64,000 nt of DNA from Anaeramoeba ignava BMAN (Eukaryota; Protista; Anaeramoebae), in contig JAPDFW010000071.1 in assembly GCA_028826165.1 (NCBI GenBank), positions 248,001 through 312,000 on the forward strand. Direction: 5' to 3'. The translations under genes and the position numbers were made by a program. Positions 48,129 to 57,800 of this stretch are shown here, piece by piece. Position 1 is the stretch's first letter, and the number at the start of each line of letters is the position of its first letter. Below the pieces are notes generated by a model, which saw only the letters and a program-made list of their open reading frames with translations, was not told the origin of the DNA and made no database searches.

Positions 48129-51100
48129 TTAATTGATATCACCAATCTTAGTCCAATCTGATGTGTTATAAGATGGGATATTTGGGTTCATAACTGAATC
48201 TCTTAGTTGTTTTTGTTTTCTTTTCTTGTGATAAATGACAACAAAGATAATAGCTCCAACAACAACAATTGGAACAACAACAGCTGGAACAATAACTCCA
48301 ACTTTAGAAGTACTTTCTGATTTAGATGTTGGTGATTGACAACTTGATCCATCTATAATATTAATTTTAATTTTAATTTAAAATGAATTTTAATTTTAAT
48401 TTTAATTTAAAATGAATTTTAATTTTGATTTTAATTTTGATTTTAATTTTGATTTTGATTTTGATTTTAATTTTGATTTTGATTTTGATTTTGATTTTGA
48501 TTTTGATTTTGATTTGGATTTTCATTTTCATTTTCATTTTGATTTTGATTTTGATTTTGATTTTGATTTTGATTTTGATTTTGATTTTTGATTTGGATTT
48601 TGATTTTGATTTTGATTTTGATTTGGATTTTGATTTGGATTTTGAATTACCTCCACCACAAACTCCACAAATATCAACTTCACATTGACAAAAATCTTTA
48701 CTTGCAGAAATAACTACTGATCTATAATTTGTATCAAATTGAATTGAAGCAGGATTTACTTTACCAAAACTGATTGGACCAGCCCAGTTATTTGGATAAC
48801 TTGTAACTGGAATAACATTAAGTTGACCATAAGCTCCAGTTATTTGACCACTTGATTTGGAATAAGTTTCAGTTAAATTCAACAGTTCCTTTCATAAAAC
48901 AATTATCCCATGTTGTCATTCCAAGTTGTAAACTTCCCATCCAAAAATCTCCAGAATATTCAAATATATATTCATTTGAATTTGAATTATCGGTGTTGTA
49001 AGTTGCATTTATTGCCCATTGGAAATTTGAAGGTTCTAATGTTTCTCCAAATGTATCTATTTATTTTTTTTGAAAATATATAAAAGTAATTTTTAGATTT
49101 TGTTTAATAAATAAATTTTAAATAATTGAATAAAAAATTAATTACTATCAGGTGTTGAATCAAGTTTTGAGAAACTAATAAGAGGGAAAGTTCCATGAGA
49201 TGACATATTTCCAATCTATTTAAAAACCATAAATATAAAATATTGATTTAATATTTTAATTTAATAAAATAATATCAATTTAATAAAATAATATTAATTT
49301 AATAAAATATTATTAATTTAATAAAATAATATCAATTTAATAAGATAATATCAAGTTAATAAAATATTATCAATTTAATAAAATAATATCAAGTTAATAA
49401 AATATTATTAATTTAATAAAATATTATCAATTTAATAAAATATTATCAATTTAATAAAATAATATCTATTTAATAAAATATTATTAATTTAATAAAATAT
49501 TATTAATTTAATAAAATATTATTAATTTAATAAAATAATATTAATTTAATAAATTATTATCAATTTAATAAAAAATAATATTAATTTAATAAAAATAATA
49601 TCAAGTTAATAAAATATCAAAATATTATCTATTTAATAAAAATATTATCAATTTAATAAAATATTATTAATTTAAATATCAATAAAATAATATTAATTTA
49701 ATCAAATAATGTTAATTTAATCAAATAAAAAATATTATTAATTTAATAAAATATTATCAATTTAATAAAATATTATCAATTTAATAAAATAATATTAATT
49801 TAATAAAATATTATCAATTTAATAAAATATTATTAATTTAATAAAATAATATTAATTTAATAAAATATTATCAATTTAATCAATTTAAATTTAATAAACA
49901 AACCTGCATCCAATCACCAATATTTCTGTCTGCTGGTGCCTCGTTTTGATAATGAGCTTGACCTTGAGCAACAGTTGTTGAAAAAGTATATGAAGAAGTA
50001 TAGACACAATTTGCCGGTGTTGGTGAACTTCCATTACTCATTGATGCTTCAAAATCATAACAAGCTAATCTAGAACCTTGATCATCACGAAGAAGAAGTT
50101 CAATTTTGTATTTTCCTATTGGAAATTCTGGAACTCTTTATAAAACAAAATAAATTATTAGAATTAGAATTAAAATTAAAATTAAAATTAAAATTAGAAT
50201 TAGAATTAGAATTAGAATTAAAATTAGAATTAGAATTAGAATTAGAATTAGAATTAAAATTAGAATTAGAATTAGAATTAGAATTAGAATTAGAATTAGA
50301 ATTATAATTAGAATTAGAATTAAAATTAGAATTAGAATTAGAATTAGAATTAAAATTAGAATTAGAATTAAAATTAAAATTAAAATTAAAATTAGAATTA
50401 AAATTAGAATTAGAATTAGAATTAGAATTAGAATTAGAATTATAATTAGAATTAGAATTAGAATTAGAATTAAAATTAGAATTAGAATTAGAATTAGAAT
50501 TAGAATTAGAATTAGAATTAGAATTAGAATTAGAATTAAAATTAGAATTAGAATTAGAATTAGAATTAGAATTAGAATTAGAATTAGAATTAGAATTAGA
50601 ATTAGAATTAAAATTAAAATTAGAATTAAAATTAGAATTAGAATTAGAATTAGAATTAGAATTAGAATTAGAATTAGAATTAGAATTAGAATTAGAATTA
50701 GAATTAGAATTAAAATTAGAATTAGAATTAGAAATAGAATTAGAATTAGAATTAAAATTAGAATTAAAATTAAATTAGAATTAGAATTAGAAAAAGAAAT
50801 GAGAATTTTGTATTTTATTTGAAAGTTACTTAATATCGTAATCTTTTCGAACATAATTGCCGGCCACAACAGGACAACTAAATATTTCACAAGAATCAAA
50901 ATCCATTTCAATAATTGGATCTGCTGAGAAATTTTGATACCAAACCTAAATTTATTTTATTTTTAATTTTATTTTTAATTTAAATAAAAAAAAAAAGAAA
51001 AAAAAAAAGCAAAAAAAAAAGCAAAAAGAAAAGAAACAATTTACAGCAAGATGTAAAGTTGAACCAGTGCTAATTTCATAACCTGTTTTAATTGAATAAT

Positions 51101-51264
51101 TTGCTACATAACTGAAAATTGAATCAATAACAAAAGAATCTGCTGGTAAATAACTAAAGTAAGTTAAAGTTGCTGGATCGTTATCACTTCCACAATTTGT
51201 ATAACTAATATTAGCAAAAACAAAACTGGTTAACAAAATTAATAAAAAAACTTGGAAAATGCAT
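48129..51264 (-). CDS. Type I membrane protein: signal peptide, ML (MD-2/NPC2-like lipid-recognition) domain, unknown domain, DxCGVCGGDGSSC Cys motif, TM
   Basis: Exons 51264-51045, 50945-50830, 50135-49904, 49215-49146, 49056-48651, 48352-48129, with +1 breaks at about 51255 and 48875. ML pattern YTNCG..DSCEIFSCPVVAG..FPIGKYKIE..D.QGSRLAC.DF; TM VGVIVPAVVVPIVVVGAIIFVVIY followed by HKKRK. Confidence 0.75.
48360..48643 (-). repeat. Intronic (AAAATC/AAAATT)n array (intron 48650-48353)
   Basis: (gatttt)n on + strand. Confidence 0.88.
49250..49895 (-). repeat. Intronic 19-mer satellite (plus strand TTTAATAAAATATTATCAA)n, intron 49903-49216
   Basis: Direct reading, about 30 degenerate units. 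Confidence 0.88.
50158..50790 (-). repeat. Intronic (TTCTAA)n array, intron 50829-50136
   Basis: (gaatta)n on + strand, about 100 units. Confidence 0.92.
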
Positions 51265-51474
51265 TTTGATCAATTCAATTTTAATTTTAATTCAATTTAA
51301 TAAAAGAAAAAATGATTTGTTTTTTTTTCTCTTGTTTTCTAAAAAGGAAAAAAAAAATTTTTTTTTAATTAATTTCTTTGTTTCTTTTTTTCTTTATTTT
51401 AATAGGGGGCATTATTAATAATTAATAAATAAAAAATTCTTTTTAATAAATTTAAAATAAAAAAAAAAGGAATA

Positions 51475-52970
51475 ACACTTATTTCAATTCTAAATCCAAT
51501 TTCAATTTAGTTTTGTTTAATTTAAAATAAAAAGTGGAATAAAATTTAATTTTAATTCTAAATCCAATTTCAATTTAGTTTTGTTTAATTTAAAATAAAA
51601 ATGGAATAATATTTAATTTATTTTAATTCTAAATCCAATTTCAATTTAATTTAATTTAATTTAATTTAAAATAAAAAGTGGAAAAATTTGGAATAATATT
51701 TAATTTATTTAAAATTGGAATAAAAATTCAATTCCAATTTCAATTTAATTTAGTTTAATTTAAAATAAAAAGTGGAATAATATTTAATTCAATTTAATTT
51801 AAAATAAAAAATGGAATAAAATTTATTTCAATTCTAAATCCAATTTCAATTTAATTCAATTTAATTTAATTAAAATAAAAAGTGGAATAATATTTAATTT
51901 ATTTCAATTCTAAATCCAATTTAATTTAAATTAAAATAAAAAGTGGAATAATATTTAATTTTAATTCTAAATCCAATTTAATTCAATTTAATTTAATTTA
52001 ATTCAATTTAAAATAAAAAAGTGGAATAATATTTAATTTCAATTCTAAATCCAATTTAATTTAATTTAGTTTAATTTAAAATAAAAAGTGGAATAATATT
52101 TAATTTCAATTCTAAATCCAATTTAATTTAATTTAGTTTAATTTAAAATAAAAAGTGGAATAATATTTAATTCAATTTAATTTAAAATAAAAATGGAATA
52201 AAATTTATTTCAATTCTAAATCCAATTTCAATTTAATTTAATTTAATTCAATTTAAAATAAAAAGTGGAATAATATTTAATTTCAATTCTAAATCCAATT
52301 TCAATTCAATTTAATTTAATTTAAAATAAAAAGTGGAATAAAATTTAATTCAATTTAATTTAAAATAAAAATGGAATAAAATTTATTTCAATTCAATTTA
52401 TTTAATTTAAATAAAAATTTCAATTATATTTTTAATTCTAAATCCAATTTCAATTTAATTCAATTTAAATTAAAATAAAAAGTGGAATAATATTTAATTT
52501 ATTTCAATTCTAAATCCAATTTCAATTTAGTTTTGTTTAATTTAAAATAAAAAGTGGAATAAATTTAATTTTAATTCTAAATCCAATTTCAATTTTAATT
52601 AAAATAAAAAGTGGAATAATATTTAATTCAATTCAATTCTAAATCCAATTTCAATTTAATTTAATTTAATTTAAAATAAAAAGTGGAATAAATTTAATTT
52701 TAATTCTAAATCCAATTTAATTTAATTAAAATAAAAAGTGGAATAATATTTAATTCAATTCAATTCTAAATCCAATTTCAATTTAATTAAAATAAAAAGT
52801 GGAATAATATTTAATTTATTTCAATTTAATTTAATTTAATTAAAATAAAAAGTGGAATAAAATTAATTTATTTTAATTTATTTCAATTTATTTCAATTTA
52901 ATTCAATTTAATTTAAATTAATTTAATTTAAAATAAAAAGTGGAATAAAATTAATTTATTTTAATTTCAA
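51475..52970. repeat. Intergenic minisatellite, about 40-70 bp unit with conserved AAAATAAAAAGTGGAATAA and ATTCTAAATCCAATTT blocks (about 25 copies)
   Basis: Direct reading; lies just downstream of the 53020 stop codon. Confidence 0.9.
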
Positions 52971-53019
52971 TTTTAGTTGTAATTTTATTTAATTTTAATT
53001 CAAAAAATGAAAATGAAAA

Positions 53020-54645
53020 TTAAAACTTTGTGGAACAATGACGAATAGCATTTGCAATTATCAAACCACCATCAGTCTGAGAATCCCAATAATCAGGATT
53101 AAAATCTGAAGAAATAGGGAAAAAATTTAAAACAACAATTAAACCGTTATGCGATTTAAAATCTCTCTGAACAATCAAAGGTTGACCATCGTCCCACTCA
53201 GCAATGAGAAGGGAATCTTTAAGACAAACAAGATTATGCCGAGGACATTTTAAACCGCCATCAAAATTTTTGACGTTTGAAATGATAGGACTTGAATCAA
53301 CAAGAACCTTCCCCATTTGATGATGAGAAGGATTAGTGTCTCTTCCACTTGAAACCACAGGAAGCATTTGATCCGAAATAATCCTTCCCGAAAAACCCAT
53401 CTTGGGCTCATCCATTGAAAATGCTGCAAAAACTACTCCTCCTCCTTTTTCAATGTAATCTGCTATCAAATCCCCAAAATATTTAGGATCAGAAAAATCA
53501 ACCACTGAATACACAAATATGCAGTGGAATTGCTGCAAATAATCTCCCTCAATTTTGATCTGATCCCCTCCATTTAAAACTGTGATATCTTCGAAATTTA
53601 ATGATGAAAGAGTGCTGCAAAAATTCTTGTGATATTTCTCATCATTTTCGCTTGTCAAAACAAGAATTTTGTAAAAAGTTGTTACGTTTTTTGTTTTCAA
53701 ATCAAAAACATAACTGAACATTGAGCGTGCAAGTGGATTTTCTTGCATTTTCTTGGATTTTGTTTGGATTTGAGTTTTTTTGGATTGAGTTTTTTTGATT
53801 GATTTTTTTTTTGGATTGATTTTTTTAGATTTGATTTTTGGATTTGATTTTGGATTTTGAATTTGAATTGGATTTTGAATTGGATTTTGAATTGGATTTT
53901 GAATTGGATTTTTATTAATAAATTGAGATTCTCGCAAATTTCCTACTTCAATTTCTAATGAGCGTCTTGTTTTGATTTGGGATAACAAAAACGATATCAG
54001 ATATTTCTGATCAAGAGGCTTTCCTCTTATGATCTTCTCCGTGAATTCTAGAAGCGATCCATTGCGAGATACCCTGCTTGAAATGATACTAAAAAACCTT
54101 GAACAATTCGGACCTTCAAAAAGTTGCAAAATTTCCTTTGTGATTTCTGGGAAATGAGAGACTAAACAACGACCTTTTTGCAATGAAAATTGCTCGCTTT
54201 CAAGTAGCCATAAAATAGAGTCGGGCATTTGGGCTTGAATCATATTCCCAAAAAGTTGTTGAGTGATCACAATGTGATCCAAGTTGATGAGCTTTTTGTA
54301 AAATTTTTCTGAAATTGGAGGCAGATTTTGTTGGAGAAATTCAAACAAAAGCTTCTGCCCAATAATTTCAACACTTGTTGTATTAGCAACATTGGCTTTT
54401 AAACATGGGATTATTTGTAGAATTTCATTCACTTGATCATTTGGTTTGGCATTTTTTAATTCTTTGAAAAATTGAATTAATTGCTTTTGAATAAATTGTG
54501 TAATTTCTATTGTGTTTAAATCGTCTTTATTAGATTTTTTCAGGAAAGAAGTCTTATTTGTGTGAGAATCAAATAGTTTTTTAGGAACAAAATCTGGATA
54601 TTTATGAATAATAAAATTAATTAAATTTTGATTAATAGTTGCCAT
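53020..54645 (-). CDS. Hypothetical protein with C-terminal class-I GATase-like (Rossmannoid) domain
   Basis: 541-aa ORF. C-terminal CIFVYS..FSDP..FGDLIADYIEKGGGVV..SGR..IAEWDDGQPLI..VVLNFFP.SSD..W..DGG.IIANAI resembles a domain seen in prokaryotic extracellular proteins. N-terminal half not recognised. Confidence 0.6.
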   Translation of the reverse strand: MATINQNLINFIIHKYPDFVPKKLFDSHTNKTSFLKKSNKDDLNTIEITQFIQKQLIQFFKELKNAKPNDQVNEILQIIPCLKANVANTTSVEIIGQKLLFEFLQQNLPPISEKFYKKLINLDHIVITQQLFGNMIQAQMPDSILWLLESEQFSLQKGRCLVSHFPEITKEILQLFEGPNCSRFFSIISSRVSRNGSLLEFTEKIIRGKPLDQKYLISFLLSQIKTRRSLEIEVGNLRESQFINKNPIQNPIQNPIQNPIQIQNPKSNPKIKSKKINPKKKSIKKTQSKKTQIQTKSKKMQENPLARSMFSYVFDLKTKNVTTFYKILVLTSENDEKYHKNFCSTLSSLNFEDITVLNGGDQIKIEGDYLQQFHCIFVYSVVDFSDPKYFGDLIADYIEKGGGVVFAAFSMDEPKMGFSGRIISDQMLPVVSSGRDTNPSHHQMGKVLVDSSPIISNVKNFDGGLKCPRHNLVCLKDSLLIAEWDDGQPLIVQRDFKSHNGLIVVLNFFPISSDFNPDYWDSQTDGGLIIANAIRHCSTKF

Positions 54646-54677
54646 TATTATTATTATTATTTTTATTATTTAAAAAT

Positions 54678-54706
54678 TGAAAAAAATGAAAAAAATGAAA
54701 AAAATG
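54678..54706 (-). promoter_or_regulatory. Tandem TCATTTTTT initiator-like array upstream of ATG 54645
   Basis: (tgaaaaaaa)x3 on + strand. Confidence 0.45.
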
Positions 54707-54833
54707 ATTTTGTTTTTTTTTTTGTTTTTCTTTTTCTTCAAAAACAAAATTTCAAAATGAAAAAAATTTGATTTGATTTGATTTGATTTGATTTGGAAAA
54801 AGAAAAAAGAAAAGAAAGAAAGAAAGAAAAAAA

Positions 54834-57800
54834 TCATCGTTTATCACCCAATAAGGAATTTGCAGTTTTAATAAGATTAACAGGTTTTTTTGCATCAGCA
54901 ATCAAATATCCATTGAGATTCAAACCTTCAAGTAATTCTGCTTTATTTAGCAATTCTGATTGTGACATTATTTCCAACGTTTCAGGACCAATCAAGGTGA
55001 CGATTTCCTTGAATTTCTTTGAATAAATTTGGGACATTTCCTTTGCAAAGTCAATTTCAAGAAGATTCATTTGCTTTTTGTGTTCGAATTCAGCACTATT
55101 TTTTTCCTTCGAGAAATCGAGTTTGATTTTGTCTTCAATTTCCTCAGCAGTTGTAGTTAATGTTGCCTGATTGACTTTTGATTCTCCTTGAATAACGGCT
55201 GCTTCTGATTTTGCTTTTGCCTGCGCTTTTGCCTTCCCGGCGGTTTCTATTGATTTGCAGTCAGCTTGTTGTTGGTACAAAGTTTGGCGAGTTGTTTCGG
55301 CTTCAATTTCATCCTCAAGCTGCTGGATTTCAAGCTTTCCTTGTGATTCTGTTGATTTTTTCAACGCTTCATGTCGCGCATCTGCTTCTTGAGATTGGGT
55401 AGTAATGGATATTGCGAGTTGAACTGATTTTTGGAGTGACAGTCTTGTTTCTTCATCGATTGGTTCGACCGTTTGAATATCGATGTCAGTTACAATTAGA
55501 TTATTTGCTTTGAACTCAAGTCTGTCACGAACATGACCGGTTTTCTTGTCGACGCCAAAAACAGCCTTTCGGATCAACTGAGTAGGAGTTACGATGGAAT
55601 TCGTCAAATGGCGTTGCTGCAACACTTCCTCTGATTCTCGAACCAATAGCCTTGCACATGTCACCAATGAAGTCAGGTACTTGGAAAATTTTGGTTGATT
55701 CTTCCTTGATGTCTTTGTTGACTTCGAAACGCCAGGCATATTGCAGTTTAAGATTCAATCGGGCGTGGTCGCTTGTTTCTACTGTCACAAGATCTGTCGA
55801 GAAGTCTGGTCCCAAAAGAAGCGCGATTGCCTTGACTTGATGACCGATTTTTGGTCTTCCAGCTGACAACGACAAGACAGTGAAATCTTCATCAGGTTCA
55901 AGCATCACAAGATCAGGTCCAAACTGGACTCGTGCTGTTTTCTCTTTGTAGTCGTAGATCTGCACTGCAGAGTTATTTGGGATCTGGAATGTAACCACTC
56001 GTGTTTTGTCTCTTTGTGGCGCTTCCATTTGATCCGGTTGGATTCCACCTCGAGTGATTGTCGGATCTACATCAATGTTGATAAGCTTTTCCACAACGCT
56101 TGTCAACTCCTTTTCCCAAAGTTCCTCATATGGCTTGAGCATGTATGTTTCTCCAATCACTGTTCGGATCAATCCTGTCCGCAAATCTCGCACATAAACA
56201 CCCTCGTCTTTGTGCAACGGTATTGCTGCACGTCTCTCCAATAATTGCACTGCCACAGGCGGTATGTATCTCCGTGGCCCATGCACCATCCACCGCTCGC
56301 CAGGGGTTCTTCGTACTTTTGAAACTTTTTTATCTTTTTTCTTTTTTTCCTTGTTTTCGTTGTTCATGTCGGTGTCATGTTCGAGTTCTTTTTGTTCGTC
56401 TTCAAATTCCTCAACGCACCTTAAAAGAAGCGCTTCATTTTTCTTCAAAGTATTCACTTTTTCCAGTCCATTGTTCAGCAATTCTCCAGGATGCAAGAAA
56501 AAGTGTGGCTTCGCCTTTGCGGAGTTGTTTCTTGCCAAAGTGTTGCTTGCCATCAATGACTGGATTGAGAACAACACAGTACTGCATGTCGTTGAGAATA
56601 ACAAGGGGAACTTCTCTCACCACATCTTCAAACACTCCAGGAATGTAGTATTCTGTTTCCTGTTTTGTTACAAGCCATTCATTACCTGCTTTGCGTTTCT
56701 TGCCGAATTTGTCCACAAAAGTGCTTCTTGCTTTCAAATGAAGCGCCTTCCTGTCTGTGAGTACAAATCCCTTCACTAACCCCAAAACCTTCTCTTCCAC
56801 TTTTGGAAGATAAAATCCCTCTTTTGTTTCCAACCAAATTTCTCCTGCCTTGCGTGTCACTTCCCCGTCTGTAAAAGTACTCAGTGCTGTTAATTTCAGT
56901 GCACTGCTTTCTTCAATGAAAACTGCCTTAACAGTCTCTAATACCTGAACGCGAATGTTCGGGATATATGTTCCTGGTCCTTCAAAATACCATTCTGTTC
57001 CGGCTTTTCTTTCCACAATTACATCATTGATTTTTTCCTTGAAATCTTGGATTGCTTTTAATCGCAAGGCTTGTTGTGGTTGAACAGTTTGTAGTTTTAA
57101 AACACTACCTAATAATTTTTCTCCTGGATAAAGTGGGAATTTTTCATTTGATTCAAATCTAATTTCCTTTTCTCCATATTTCAACAAAACCTAAAAAGCA
57201 AGAAATTATTTAATTATTTAATCAATTATTTAAGAAATTATTTAAGAAATTATTTAAGAAATTATTTAATAAATTATTTAAGAAATTGTTTAATTATTTA
57301 AGAAATTTTAAGAAATTATTTAATAAATTATTTAAGAAATTATTTAAGAAATTATTTAAGAAATTATTTAATAAATTATTTAAGAAATTATTTAATAAAT
57401 TATTTAAGAAATTATTTAAGAAATTATTTAATAAATTATTTAATCAATTATTTAAGAAATTATTTAAGAAATTATTTAAGAAATTATTTAATAAATTATT
57501 TATTTAATTATTTAATTAATTATTTAAGAAATTATTTAATAAATTATTTAATAAATTATTTAATAAATTATTTATTTAATTATTTAATTATTTAATAAAT
57601 TATTTAAGAAATTATTTAATTAATTATTTAAGAAATTATTTAATAAATTATTTAATAAATTATTTAAGAAATTATTTAATAAATTATTTAAGAAATTGTT
57701 TAATTAATTATTTAATCAATTATTTATTATTTAAGAAATTATTTAAGAAATTGTTTAATCAATTATTTAATCAATTATTTAAGAAATTATTTAAGAAATT

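Noticed and set aside
50158-50790. (TTAGAA)n as an interstitial telomere
   Set aside because: It lies wholly inside a GT-AG intron, grades into TTAAAA units, and the organism's telomere repeat is unknown.
51475-52970. CRISPR-like array (conserved block with variable intervening sequence)
   Set aside because: The intervening sequences are degenerate copies of each other rather than unique spacers, no cas genes are present, and the context is eukaryotic.
55570-56520. Euplotes-style programmed +1 frameshifting in MVP and other genes
   Set aside because: Homology switches frame about 20 codons before the stop, there is no shared slippery motif, and both +1 and -1 events occur in the window.
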